In this document: positions 1-9,702 of the stretch, piece by piece
Layout: every line of letters begins with the position of its first letter
How positions within the stretch are numbered: the stretch's first letter is position 1
NCBI GenBank assembly: GCA_947503455.1
Contig: CANNEG010000001.1
Location: 1 to 36,569 of the forward strand
Source of the DNA: Betaproteobacteria bacterium
Lineage (GTDB): Bacteria; Pseudomonadota; Gammaproteobacteria; Burkholderiales; Methylophilaceae
Length of the DNA: 36,569 bases
Direction: 5' to 3'
The notes under the pieces: generated by a model
Told to the model about the DNA's origin: nothing
The model's database searches: none
The model's input: the letters and a program-made list of their open reading frames with translations, nothing else
Program-made: the position numbers and the translations under genes

Positions 1-1638
1 CACCCAGTATTTGCTTCCCAAATGAAGCGTCGTTTACGTGAGGGTGCGAAGCTTATCATTGCCGATCCACGTGCGATAGATTTGGTTGATAATTCGCCAC
101 ATATTCGCGCGGACTATCATTTGAACTTACGTCCTGGCACTAATGTGGCTTTAATTTCGGCATTAGCTCATGTAGTGGTCACTGAGGGTTTAGTCAAAGA
201 AGATTTTGTTAAAGAGCGCTGTGAATGGGATTCATTTGTGTTGTGGCGTGACTTTGTCGCTAAACCAGAAAATTCACCAGAAGCATTGGCGGATGAGCTA
301 GGCGTAAATCCGGTATTGATTAGAGATGCAGCGAGGTTATTTGCCACAGGAGGCAATGCTGCTATTTATTATGGCTTAGGCGTAACTGAACATTCTCAAG
401 GTTCAACCATGGTGATGGGAATCGCTAATTTAGCCATGGCAACCGGCAATGTCGGAAGAGAAGGTGTGGGAATCAATCCACTGCGTGGGCAAAATAATGT
501 GCAGGGTTCATGTGATATGGGTTCTATGCCACATGAGTATCCAGGATATCGTCACGTATCAGACCCTGCGGCTAAAGCGTTATTTGAAGCTGCTTGGGGT
601 AGGCCATTAAGTGATGAACCAGGTTTACGTATTCCGAATATGCTGGACCTTGCGGGTGAGGGACGCTTTAAAGCACTGTATTGTGTAGGCGAAGATATTG
701 CACAGTCAGATCCTAATACTCAACACGTGACGCATGCGCTAGAAAGTATGGAGTGCGTGATTGTACAAGATTTATTTTTGAACGAAACTGCCATGTTTGC
801 CCATGTTTTTTTCCCGGGCGCGTCTTTCTTAGAGAAGAGTGGCACATTTACCAACGCAGAACGCCGCATTTCGCCGGTACGTCGTGTCATGACACCTAAA
901 AACAATGTTGGTGGCCAAGGGTATGAAGATTGGGAAATTACAGCAATGCTGTCCAATGCACTGGGTTATGAAATGCATTACAAGCACACTAGTGACATTA
1001 TGGATGAAATTGCAGCGCTTACACCTACGTTTAAGGGTGTGAGTTTTAAGAAATTAGACGAGTTAGGTAGCATACAGTGGCCATGTAACGACGAATATCC
1101 TATAGGTACGCCCACTATGCATATTGATGGATTTGTACGTGGCAAGGGTAAGTTTTTTATTACACAATATGTGCCAACCACTGAAAAGGTCAATGCTAAA
1201 TATCCGCTGATTTTGACTACTGGTCGGATTTTGTCTCAATACAACGTGGGCGCACAAACACGTCGTACTAAAAATGTAGCATGGCATCATGAAGATGTAG
1301 TAGAAATTCATCCGCATGATGCACAAGAGAGGGGTATTAAAGAGGGTGATTGGATAGGTGTAATGAGCCGTGCTGGTGAAACTGTATTGCGTGCGAAGCT
1401 AACAGAGCGTGTGCAGCCTGGAATTATTTACACTACATTTCACCACCCACAGTCAGGTGCTAATGTAATTACTACTGACAATAGCGATTGGGCAACGAAC
1501 TGTCCTGAGTTTAAAGTCACGGCAGTACAAGTGACGCGTGTGAATCAACTTTCTGATTGGCAGCTACACTACAAAACATTTAGTGAAGCGCAATTAGCTT
1601 TTGCAGGAAGAGATTTAGAAGCTGCAAAAATTGACTAA
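1..1638 (+). CDS. fdsA: NAD-dependent Mo/W-bisPGD formate dehydrogenase alpha subunit, C-terminal part (5' truncated by window edge)
   Basis: Frame is open from base 1 (HPVFASQMKRRL...). Molybdopterin oxidoreductase motifs PLRGQNNVQGSCDMG and EKSGTFTNAERR, plus C-terminal molydopterin-binding domain LTTGR...PEFK. Followed by fdhD and fdsD. Confidence 0.93.
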   Translation, partial: HPVFASQMKRRLREGAKLIIADPRAIDLVDNSPHIRADYHLNLRPGTNVALISALAHVVVTEGLVKEDFVKERCEWDSFVLWRDFVAKPENSPEALADELGVNPVLIRDAARLFATGGNAAIYYGLGVTEHSQGSTMVMGIANLAMATGNVGREGVGINPLRGQNNVQGSCDMGSMPHEYPGYRHVSDPAAKALFEAAWGRPLSDEPGLRIPNMLDLAGEGRFKALYCVGEDIAQSDPNTQHVTHALESMECVIVQDLFLNETAMFAHVFFPGASFLEKSGTFTNAERRISPVRRVMTPKNNVGGQGYEDWEITAMLSNALGYEMHYKHTSDIMDEIAALTPTFKGVSFKKLDELGSIQWPCNDEYPIGTPTMHIDGFVRGKGKFFITQYVPTTEKVNAKYPLILTTGRILSQYNVGAQTRRTKNVAWHHEDVVEIHPHDAQERGIKEGDWIGVMSRAGETVLRAKLTERVQPGIIYTTFHHPQSGANVITTDNSDWATNCPEFKVTAVQVTRVNQLSDWQLHYKTFSEAQLAFAGRDLEAAKID

Positions 1639-2458
1639 TAAGCAAGTTGCCAATGCTTTAGTTCTAGGTGAGCCATTAAGCACATTTAGTGTCAGGCAAT
1701 GCATAGATGGACAGCACCAAGTTGTGCAAGATTGCTTGGCAGAAGAAACGCCAGTGGCATTAATTTATAATGGCGTGTCACATGCCGTAATGCTAGTTAC
1801 TGCTCAAGATCTAGAAGATTTTGCCCTTGGATTCTCTTTGAGTGAAGGTATTGTGCAACATGTTAGTGAGCTTTACAGCATGGAAGTGCAATTGCAGAAT
1901 AATGGCATAGAGTTACATTGCAATATTGCGAGTGAACGTTTTGCACTGTTAAAAGAGCATCGTCGCACATTGGCAGGTAAAACTGGTTGTGGTTTATGCG
2001 GAGCGGAAAATTTGGCACAGCTCATGCGATACCCGCTACCACTAGCATCGCAACATCAATTTGAAGAAATAAGCATCACACGCGGTTTACTGGCGATACA
2101 AGCGCAACAAAAGCTGCAGCAACAAACAGGCGCAACGCATGCTAGTGCTTATGTGCTAGCTGATGGTACGGTAAGCTTGCTACGTGAAGATGTAGGCCGA
2201 CATAATGCACTAGATAAGCTTGTAGGGGCGCTAGCGAAGCATGATAAGGATAGGGATGGTTTTATTATCACCACTAGCCGTGCCAGTTTCGAAATGGTGC
2301 AAAAGACCGCGAATGCAGGGGTGGGCATGTTAGTAGCCGTTTCTGCACCAACTGGATTGGCCGTACGCGTAGCTCAGCAATGCGGCTTAACCTTAGTCGG
2401 ATTCGCGCGAGAAAATCGCTATGTGGTGTATAGTCATAGCGATAGAATTTTGAACTAA
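1631..2458 (+). CDS. fdhD: Formate dehydrogenase accessory sulfurtransferase FdhD/FdsC
   Basis: Motifs EETPVAL, CGLCG, TGATHA, REDVGRHNALDKL, SRASFEMVQK. TTG start overlaps the fdsA end; exact start uncertain. Confidence 0.93.
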   Translation: MTNKQVANALVLGEPLSTFSVRQCIDGQHQVVQDCLAEETPVALIYNGVSHAVMLVTAQDLEDFALGFSLSEGIVQHVSELYSMEVQLQNNGIELHCNIASERFALLKEHRRTLAGKTGCGLCGAENLAQLMRYPLPLASQHQFEEISITRGLLAIQAQQKLQQQTGATHASAYVLADGTVSLLREDVGRHNALDKLVGALAKHDKDRDGFIITTSRASFEMVQKTANAGVGMLVAVSAPTGLAVRVAQQCGLTLVGFARENRYVVYSHSDRILN

Positions 2459-2490
2459 TTAGATTATAAAAAGCTAGAGAGTAATTAAAA

Positions 2491-2709
2491 ATGGATATTC
2501 AACGCCTTATTTCAATGGCTAATCAAATAGGTGATTTTTATGAATCATACCCAGACCAAAACCAAGCTCAACAAGGTATTGCAGAGCATATTAACCGATT
2601 CTGGGCATTAGCAATGCGTCAACAAATTGCACAATATGTGAGTGAGCAAGCTGGAACTGGTCTGCATGTACAAGTTCAGAAAGCGATAGCCATGCATTTG
2701 AAAGTTTAA
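2491..2709 (+). CDS. fdsD: Formate dehydrogenase delta subunit
   Basis: 72 aa with MANQIGDF and HINRFW..MR signatures; last gene of the fds operon. Confidence 0.9.
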   Translation: MDIQRLISMANQIGDFYESYPDQNQAQQGIAEHINRFWALAMRQQIAQYVSEQAGTGLHVQVQKAIAMHLKV

Positions 2710-2758
2710 ACTTTTACTTTAAGTACATACAGTTTTTTCTTGACTCGCAACCATAGAT

Positions 2759-4411
2759 TTAATGAATACGTTTAAATAACCTAAAGCTTTCTCTTCTATC
2801 GGCAGGTCGTTTCCCAGCCCAAATCTTTTTCCACTCTTGGCCAGGGTGTACTTTATCCGTGCCTTTTGTATCAAGTACTAAATATAAATCACAATTAAGC
2901 TGACTTGTCACTTGAACAGGCTGTATTTTAATATTCGTGTAGTAGTTAAGTAGCAGGCGCTGTTGTCGTTCAACATTCAAGCTATTCATACAGTTGTAAC
3001 TCTTTGGCAATGCGCTATTAAGACTAGAAAATACAGGCTGATAGCTTTTAGCTGAATCAAGCAGGGGTAGCCATAGCGTCATTAATAAGCTCCAGCCGAC
3101 AGTCATTCCTATGGCCCAATTGCTTACAGTTGATTTATTGGTTTGCTTCGATCGAATGCAAACAAAAACCCAAATTATTGACACAATCAGTGCAATTACA
3201 AAGGCTAGCCAGTTGAAATTGAGGTGATTTGTACCTGATAAAAATACTAGACGCTCTTTAATTTTTGTTGGATGGCCGGTCATCATGGCAATCCAACCTA
3301 ACCAAATTAGGCTACCAATTAAACCAAACAACATGACACCAAACCAGTTTAATGCTGCGGCTATCCCTCTTTTAAGGTGCTCAACAGTCCCCGCACCCAA
3401 TGCGACTAAAGGCAGTAATAAAGGTAGGGCATTAATATCTTTAGCAGGGGCGCCAATGCCCAAGAAAAATATACTACATGTGAAAAAAACTATCATTAGT
3501 TGAAATTTTGGTTTGGAGAGTAGTTGTTTGCGATAGCGCCATAGGCCTAACAATGAGAGTGGTAGGGCTGGCCAAGCATACCAAGTGAGAATACGTAAAA
3601 AATACAAATAATTCATTTGATGAAAGCTGTGTAAATTTTTATGCCACCAATGACTGTAGAGTAATGGCTTGTAATAATGCAACATACCTAACCACACAAT
3701 GATGAGCGGGCTAGCAATCAAGATAGAAGTACCTAAGAATTTTATGAAGCTATGTGAACGCCAGGTCTTGAAAAGCAATGGCAAAATTAACGCAGTGCTC
3801 ATTAATATTAGTATTGGCATGAAGCCGAAAGATAAGAACCCAACTGCAATTGCAGCGCCAAATAGTCCGCTGGCCCGCCAAGGTCTACGTTTAGAAAGCG
3901 CTAGCGCGTAAAAGCCTGTGGCCGTACTAGCAAGACTAGCAACTTCGGCAGTTAAGCTATGAGCACTCATGACTAAGCCTATGGTGCCTATCATAATAAA
4001 CGTGGCATGGCGACCAACGCCACGAGACCAGAGCTCTCGCCCAGTCATGCCAACCATTAGCAATATAATAGACAGCCAAAGAACATTCATGAGTCTAGCG
4101 CCATCATGGATATCCATTAACGGAGAAAGAACGTTAGCGCCAAGAGCCGCGCTTAAGTAATATAAGGGCGGTGTTTCAAGTGACGCAGAACCGCTGGCTA
4201 GAGGCGCAAGCATGCTGCCGCCATCTAGAATGGATTTGACGGTGCTTATACTAGTAGCTTCAAGGTGTTTCCATGGGGCATGACCGGTTAAGCCTATTAC
4301 CACCCAAATAGCGCACAGCAACAGTAATAGCTGAGTTTTTACGCTATCCCCCACGCGCGCACGCGGTGTAGACATATTGCCTTGCCAGTCGTGATCAAGT
4401 TGAAAGCGCAT
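2759..4411 (-). CDS. ArnT/PMT-like (GT-C fold) polytopic membrane glycosyltransferase
   Basis: 550 aa with many hydrophobic segments, PPLYY motif, WYAWPALPL and LPLLLPL motifs, soluble C-terminal domain. Position downstream of rho-rpmE is common in Betaproteobacteria. Confidence 0.78.
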   Translation of the reverse strand: MRFQLDHDWQGNMSTPRARVGDSVKTQLLLLLCAIWVVIGLTGHAPWKHLEATSISTVKSILDGGSMLAPLASGSASLETPPLYYLSAALGANVLSPLMDIHDGARLMNVLWLSIILLMVGMTGRELWSRGVGRHATFIMIGTIGLVMSAHSLTAEVASLASTATGFYALALSKRRPWRASGLFGAAIAVGFLSFGFMPILILMSTALILPLLFKTWRSHSFIKFLGTSILIASPLIIVWLGMLHYYKPLLYSHWWHKNLHSFHQMNYLYFLRILTWYAWPALPLSLLGLWRYRKQLLSKPKFQLMIVFFTCSIFFLGIGAPAKDINALPLLLPLVALGAGTVEHLKRGIAAALNWFGVMLFGLIGSLIWLGWIAMMTGHPTKIKERLVFLSGTNHLNFNWLAFVIALIVSIIWVFVCIRSKQTNKSTVSNWAIGMTVGWSLLMTLWLPLLDSAKSYQPVFSSLNSALPKSYNCMNSLNVERQQRLLLNYYTNIKIQPVQVTSQLNCDLYLVLDTKGTDKVHPGQEWKKIWAGKRPADRRESFRLFKRIH

Positions 4412-4516
4412 AATTTTAAGGGTTAGAACTTATCCTTGGTATCTTAGGGGTAATTTTAACTGATTGCAGCGCCTAACCAAAGTTTCTATTAGCAGATTGG
4501 AAAGTGGTAGTTCAAT

Positions 4517-4540
4517 AAAAAAAGCAGCCTAAGCTGCTTT
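4517..4540 (-). terminator. Rho-independent terminator of rpmE
   Basis: Minus strand reads AAAGCAGC-TTAG-GCTGC followed by T7, about 30 nt after the rpmE stop. Confidence 0.8.
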
Positions 4541-4569
4541 AGTTTTTGCAATATAGTCAAACAGACTAA

Positions 4570-4812
4570 TTACATGCCATATTTTTTACGGAATTTATCA
4601 ACACGACCAGCAGTATCTAAAATCATTTGTTTACCTGTGTAAAACGGGTGTGATTTTGATGACACTTCAATTTTAACCAGTGGGTACTCTTTACCGTCAG
4701 TCCACTTGATAGTGTCACGGGCTGCAATTGTAGAGCGCGTCATAAATGTAAAGTCTGCACCGATGTCTTGAAAAACAACGTCACGGTATTCTGGATGAAT
4801 TCCATCTTTCAT
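4570..4812 (-). CDS. rpmE2: 50S ribosomal protein L31 type B (Cys-free)
   Basis: [15 protein letters not shown]...YPL...SS.SHPFYTG...GRVDKF; no cysteines. Confidence 0.95.
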   Translation of the reverse strand: MKDGIHPEYRDVVFQDIGADFTFMTRSTIAARDTIKWTDGKEYPLVKIEVSSKSHPFYTGKQMILDTAGRVDKFRKKYGM

Positions 4813-4895
4813 AGTAGTAGCCTCAATTTTGCCGAATGATACGGCACTTAATGTACACGCGCCATCGTAGTGCGTGATATTTATAATAGCCGGGC

Positions 4896-4924
4896 ATTAT
4901 ATTTAAATTTGCTATGCTATGCAA
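4896..4924 (-). promoter_or_regulatory. Sigma70 promoter of rpmE with GC-rich discriminator
   Basis: Minus strand TTGCAT-17 bp-TATAAT followed by GCCCGGC, typical of stringently controlled ribosomal protein promoters. Confidence 0.8.
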
Positions 4925-4954
4925 GGATAGCTTGCAAAATAAAACGAATTAGGG

Positions 4955-6214
4955 CTAGCCTCTGCGCATGCTGTCAAAAAAATCAGCATTATTCTTAGTG
5001 GCTTTAATCTTATCTAGTAGGAACTCCATTGCTTCAAGGTCATCCATAGGGTAAAGCAATTTACGTAGGACCCAAATTTTCTGAAGCACGTCTTTTTCAA
5101 TTAGCAATTCTTCACGACGTGTACCAGATTTATTGACATTAATAGCAGGGTATTGACGTTTTTCAGCCATCTTACGATCAAGATGGATTTCCATATTTCC
5201 CGTACCTTTGAATTCTTCATAAATCACGTCATCCATACGTGAGCCAGTATCTACCAGTGCGGTAGCGATAATAGTAAGCGAACCGCCTTCTTCGATGTTA
5301 CGTGCGGCACCAAAGAATCTTTTTGGGCGTTGCAATGCATTTGCATCGACACCACCAGTTAATACCTTGCCGGATGATGGGATGACTGTGTTATATGCGC
5401 GAGCTAGCCGAGTAATTGAATCTAGAAGAATGACCACATCTTTTTTATGCTCAACTAAACGTTTGGCTTTTTCAAGAACCATTTCAGCGACTTGCACATG
5501 ACGTGTTGCAGGCTCATCAAAAGTTGAAGCAACGACTTCGCCCTTAACTGAGCGGGTCATTTCGGTCACTTCTTCTGGACGTTCATCAATTAACAATACA
5601 ATCAAAATCACATCAGGGTGATTAGCCGTAATTGCATGTGCAATATTTTGCATCATTACTGTTTTACCGCTTTTAGGGCTGGCAACAAGTAGGCCACGCT
5701 GACCGCGTCCAATCGGTGCAATCATATCAATTACGCGACTGGTGATATTTTCCACACCTTTAATATCACGTTCAAGTGTGAGTGGGATGGTAGGAAATAG
5801 CGGTGTTAAGTTTTCAAATAAAATTTTATGTTTGGTATTTTCTGGCGCTTCACCATTCACTACATCTACTTTAACAAGCGCAAAATAGCGTTCACCATCT
5901 TTAGGAATGCGGATTTCACCTTGTATGCTGTCGCCCGTATGTAAATTGAAGCGGCGAATTTGTGAAGGTGAAACGTAAATATCATCTGGTCCAGCTAGGT
6001 AAGATGTATCAGGTGAACGTAAAAACCCAAAGCCATCTTGTAGCACTTCAAGCGTACCGTCTCCAAAAATACTTTCACCTTTTTTGGCTTTATGTTTCAA
6101 AATAGCAAAAATTAAATCTTGCTTGCGCATGCGGCTAGCATTATCAATTTCATCGGCAATTGCCATTTCTACTAACTCAGTAACGGGTAAGTGTTTAAGG
6201 TCGGATAAGTGCAT
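4955..6214 (-). CDS. rho: Transcription termination factor Rho
   Basis: 419 aa; DGFGFLR RNA-binding motif, P-loop [27 protein letters not shown]. Confidence 0.99.
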   Translation of the reverse strand: MHLSDLKHLPVTELVEMAIADEIDNASRMRKQDLIFAILKHKAKKGESIFGDGTLEVLQDGFGFLRSPDTSYLAGPDDIYVSPSQIRRFNLHTGDSIQGEIRIPKDGERYFALVKVDVVNGEAPENTKHKILFENLTPLFPTIPLTLERDIKGVENITSRVIDMIAPIGRGQRGLLVASPKSGKTVMMQNIAHAITANHPDVILIVLLIDERPEEVTEMTRSVKGEVVASTFDEPATRHVQVAEMVLEKAKRLVEHKKDVVILLDSITRLARAYNTVIPSSGKVLTGGVDANALQRPKRFFGAARNIEEGGSLTIIATALVDTGSRMDDVIYEEFKGTGNMEIHLDRKMAEKRQYPAINVNKSGTRREELLIEKDVLQKIWVLRKLLYPMDDLEAMEFLLDKIKATKNNADFFDSMRRG

Positions 6215-6349
6215 GGAGGCTCACTAAAACAAGAATTGTGTGGGGAAGGGTTGAAAACTACTGATTTAATTAATAGACGGGTTTGAAGAATGCTTGATTT
6301 TTAGAACTTAAAATCAAGCATTTATCACAATGTGTACAGCCTAAAGCGT

Positions 6350-6676
6350 TTAAATGTTGCTGTCAATGAATGCCGTTAATTGAGATTTAGATAAAGCCCC
6401 TACTTTTGTTGCTTCAACATTGCCATTTTTAAATAGCATTAGCGTAGGAATGCCGCGAATGCCATATTTTGGAGGGGTAAGTTGATTGTCATCTATATTA
6501 AGTTTACCTATTTTAAGACGTCCAGCATACTCTTTAGAGATTTCATCTAAAATTGGTGCAATCATCTTGCATGGACCACACCATTCTGCCCAATAGTCTA
6601 CTAAAACTGGTAGTTGTGACTGGAGAACATCTTGTTCAAAACCAGCATCGTTAAGGTGTGTTATATGTTCACTCAT
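6350..6676 (-). CDS. trxA: Thioredoxin 1
   Basis: WAEWCGPCK active site, IRGIPTL; canonical position upstream of rho. Confidence 0.98.
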   Translation of the reverse strand: MSEHITHLNDAGFEQDVLQSQLPVLVDYWAEWCGPCKMIAPILDEISKEYAGRLKIGKLNIDDNQLTPPKYGIRGIPTLMLFKNGNVEATKVGALSKSQLTAFIDSNI

Positions 6677-6717
6677 GGAAACCTCTATTTGATTAATGCT
6701 TTAAGAATTAATTGTGT

Positions 6718-6746
6718 ATCGTAACGAAAAAAACAGTTTTAGTGAA
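6718..6746 (-). promoter_or_regulatory. Putative sigma70 promoter for trxA-rho
   Basis: Minus strand TTCACT-17 bp-TACGAT, about 40 nt upstream of the trxA ATG. Confidence 0.45.
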
Positions 6747-6894
6747 GTATAAAATGTAAAAGATGCATTTAAAATTATTTTTTTGGTTAGCCAATCTATT
6801 TGTATTACCCGCATCAAAATAACGCAATCATTTTATAATCCCAGTTATTATAATTACCTAAGCCATTAAGTAATCGAGTTTTTTTAAAAATAAA

Positions 6895-7380
6895 ATGAGA
6901 AATTTTCTATTTAGTCTGCTATTAGCCATGCCAATCATTGCTATGAGTCAATCAGCTAGTGCAGAGGCTGTGGTTGGTTCTAATTTTGTGCTGAAAGATA
7001 CTGCCGGCGTAAAGCATCGATTGGCAAATTATAAAGGTAAGTGGGTGTTAGTGAATTACTGGGCAACTTGGTGCTCGCCATGCTTAGAGGAAGTGCCAGA
7101 CCTAGTTAATTTATATGATCATCGCCGAAAAAAAGATTTGATGGTTATTGGTGTTGTATTTGATTATGAAAGTGTTCCGTCTGTAAAAGCATATGTAGAT
7201 GATATGCTAGTGTCATACCCTATCGTATTGGGAGATGATAGTGTAACTACCCAAATAGGGGCGGCTGACGTAATGCCAACCACCTTTATTTATAATCCTC
7301 AAGGTGAGTTAGTTAAAATAAAACGTGGCCTACTAACCAAAGCCTATATAGAAAAAATTATTGGCCAGAATCAGCCTTAG
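6895..7380 (+). CDS. TlpA/ResA-family periplasmic thiol-disulfide oxidoreductase
   Basis: Signal peptide (ASA-E cleavage-like), GKWVLVNYWATWCSPCLEE, MPTTFIY cis-Pro loop. Confidence 0.9.
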   Translation: MRNFLFSLLLAMPIIAMSQSASAEAVVGSNFVLKDTAGVKHRLANYKGKWVLVNYWATWCSPCLEEVPDLVNLYDHRRKKDLMVIGVVFDYESVPSVKAYVDDMLVSYPIVLGDDSVTTQIGAADVMPTTFIYNPQGELVKIKRGLLTKAYIEKIIGQNQP

Positions 7381-7394
7381 TTAAACTGGCGCTC

Positions 7395-7712
7395 TTAATG
7401 GGGTGCGTCGATGCTATTGCCTTTGGCATCAAGTATATTAAGTTGGTTCTCGTCAGCAAAGTGCATCAATTGGGCGTAACCTTCTGGGTTGACTGTTTTT
7501 AAGGTCAAATCTACCGCTAGGCAACGTCCACCATTCATGACTTTTGGTTTTAGGTAAGGTGAGTACTTAAGTTTACGGTCTTCCCCAAAAGTCGCGTATG
7601 TGCTGCACATGCGATCAACCCAGTCGCTAGGACGGAAAGGTTTACCTGCACGCGTGTTGCTTTCTATAATAATTTCACCATGTGTTGGCAATGTTTTTTG
7701 TTCACTGGACAT
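7395..7712 (-). CDS. DUF3579 family protein
   Basis: GKPFRPSDWVDRM and YSPY motifs recognised as typical of this family of unknown function. Confidence 0.8.
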   Translation of the reverse strand: MSSEQKTLPTHGEIIIESNTRAGKPFRPSDWVDRMCSTYATFGEDRKLKYSPYLKPKVMNGGRCLAVDLTLKTVNPEGYAQLMHFADENQLNILDAKGNSIDAPH

Positions 7713-7782
7713 TGGATTTGGTTGCCCTTAATTGTATAAAGTTAAGCTTAGTCGCCGATTATAATAAGTGAGTGTTTCAAGT

Positions 7783-8367
7783 TTAAGGGGTATATTCAAA
7801 CACCTTAACTACCTTAGTCACACCACTGGTATTGCGGGCAATTTCTGCTGCCGCATCAGCCTCGGTTTGAGTTACTATGCCAATTAAATACACTACGCTG
7901 TTTTCCGTCACAACTTTGACATAGTTGGCAGGAAATTTATTTTCAGTCACAAATTTTGTTTTAATTTTTGATGTTAAATAGCTGTCATTGCTACGTGAGC
8001 CTATAGAGGATTTGGGGCTAATTGCAATTTCATTTGTCATGTTGCGAATGTTGGTGATTTCTTTTACCAAGGATTCAGCTTTTGTTTTTGACTCGGCGGT
8101 TGGCACTTCTCCGGTTAATAATACATTACGATTGTAACTGGTGACATTCACATGCGCGTGTTCGCCTAAGTTGGTTTCCATTAGTTTAAGGGCTTTGAGC
8201 TCAATATTTTCATCCTCAATATAAATACCAGATGTTCGTCTATCGGCTGCCATTGCACCACCGGCGGCGGCGCCCCCAACAACAACAGGCACGCAAGCTG
8301 TGAATTGGGTAATGAGTGTGGCAGATAGAATAAGGCTGAGGGTGATTTTTTTAGTATTTAAATGCAT
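7783..8367 (-). CDS. dolP: Dual-BON-domain outer-membrane lipoprotein (DolP/YraP family)
   Basis: Lipobox-like FTAC, GAAAGGAMAADRRT, two BON repeats (VLLTGEV, VVYLIGIV), ending VVKVFEY. Confidence 0.85.
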   Translation of the reverse strand: MHLNTKKITLSLILSATLITQFTACVPVVVGGAAAGGAMAADRRTSGIYIEDENIELKALKLMETNLGEHAHVNVTSYNRNVLLTGEVPTAESKTKAESLVKEITNIRNMTNEIAISPKSSIGSRSNDSYLTSKIKTKFVTENKFPANYVKVVTENSVVYLIGIVTQTEADAAAEIARNTSGVTKVVKVFEYTP

Positions 8368-8432
8368 GGCTAATTCCTTAAATTGAAGATCAATATAAAA
8401 GGTAAAATATATTTTTGCGAATGATACGCCTT

Positions 8433-8786
8433 TTATGTGTCAAATGCATTACGTATCCATTCGATGCAGTTGGCATCTACTTTGGCCATTAAAATAGCGT
8501 CAAAGCGACATGGGTAATCACCGCGCTGTTGTAGGTAATGCTGTGCAGTTAATATGATTTTTTGTTGTTTGACTGGTGTAATGCTAGCGGCAGCGCTACC
8601 AAATCTGTTATTTGTTCTAAGTCTAACCTCAACAAATACTATGGTTTTATTGTCCATCATAATCAAGTCAATTTCGCCAAAATGACAATGATAATTTCTT
8701 TCTAATATTTTAAGGCCATGATCCATTAAATAAATTGCCGCAAGCTTTTCAGCATCTAAACCGGTATTATTTTGATTGATTTTCAT
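8433..8786 (-). CDS. yraN: YraN (UPF0102) family endonuclease-like protein
   Basis: G..AE..A..YL, GEIDLIM, VFVEVRLR, CRFDAI; divergent from rsmI. Confidence 0.92.
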   Translation of the reverse strand: MKINQNNTGLDAEKLAAIYLMDHGLKILERNYHCHFGEIDLIMMDNKTIVFVEVRLRTNNRFGSAAASITPVKQQKIILTAQHYLQQRGDYPCRFDAILMAKVDANCIEWIRNAFDT

Positions 8787-8821
8787 AGGCGATAGTCCAG
8801 CTTGGCGTTAAACTTTACAGC

Positions 8822-9700
8822 ATGAATGAATTAAGTCTAAATAATCCCAGTATAAAAGGCCTCGGTACATTATATGTGGTGGCAACACCAATAGGTAATT
8901 TAAGCGACATGACCTTGCGCGCATTAGAAACGTTAAAAGCGGTAGATGCAATAGCGGCTGAGGATACACGCCATACCTCGGGTTTGTTGTCGCACTTTGG
9001 CATCAGTAAAAAATTGCTCGCGGTACATGAGCATAATGAACGTCAATCTGCTGAAAAGTTATTGTTGCAATTAAAAGCTGGTGAGAATATCGCCTTGGTG
9101 ACCGATGCGGGGACCCCGGGCATCAGCGATCCAGGTGCGGTGGTCGTGGATTTTGTGCGGAAAGCGGGGGTAAAAGTTGTGCCAATACCAGGGGTGAGTG
9201 CTGTGATTGCCGCACTTTCTGCCAGTGGCATCGTTCAAAATGGGTTTTTATTCCATGGATTTTTACCCGCCAGTGGTGCCGCAAGGCGCAAGGCGTTGGA
9301 TATTTTAAAAACACAGACTGTTACACTAGTGTTTTATGAGGCACCACATCGCATTATAGAAAGCATTGTTGATATGGCGAATGTATTAGGTTCGGATCGG
9401 CGTATTACCATCGCACGTGAAATCACTAAAACCTTTGAAACGATATACTGTTGTACTTTAAGTGACGCAGAAGCTTGGCTGAAAGCCGATGCTAATCAAC
9501 AGCGCGGTGAGTTTGTGTTGTTGGTTGAAGCCGCACCAATTAAGGATGCAGGCGGCATATCTGAAGAAGCTGTTCGTGTATTAAAATTATTGTTGGTAGA
9601 TTTGCCACTTAAACAAGCGGTGAAGTTGGCGGCTGAAATTACCAATGAAAAGAAAAACATATTGTACGATTTTGCATTACAGTTAAAACAACTTGAATAG
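8822..9700 (+). CDS. rsmI: 16S rRNA (cytidine1402-2'-O)-methyltransferase
   Basis: [37 protein letters not shown]. Confidence 0.97.
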   Translation: MNELSLNNPSIKGLGTLYVVATPIGNLSDMTLRALETLKAVDAIAAEDTRHTSGLLSHFGISKKLLAVHEHNERQSAEKLLLQLKAGENIALVTDAGTPGISDPGAVVVDFVRKAGVKVVPIPGVSAVIAALSASGIVQNGFLFHGFLPASGAARRKALDILKTQTVTLVFYEAPHRIIESIVDMANVLGSDRRITIAREITKTFETIYCCTLSDAEAWLKADANQQRGEFVLLVEAAPIKDAGGISEEAVRVLKLLLVDLPLKQAVKLAAEITNEKKNILYDFALQLKQLE

Positions 9701-9702
9701 CC

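Noticed and set aside
1-1638. Selenocysteine recoding in formate dehydrogenase
   Set aside because: No in-frame TGA in the visible part, and the catalytic Cys/Sec position lies upstream of the window.
4460-4490. Sigma-E-like promoter (GAAACTT-N16-TCAGT) upstream of the ArnT-like gene
   Set aside because: Both elements deviate from consensus; not supportable without TSS data.
8368-8432. Possible gmhA/diaA pseudogene remnant (YIDLQF-like peptide)
   Set aside because: Too short and AT-rich to distinguish from chance.
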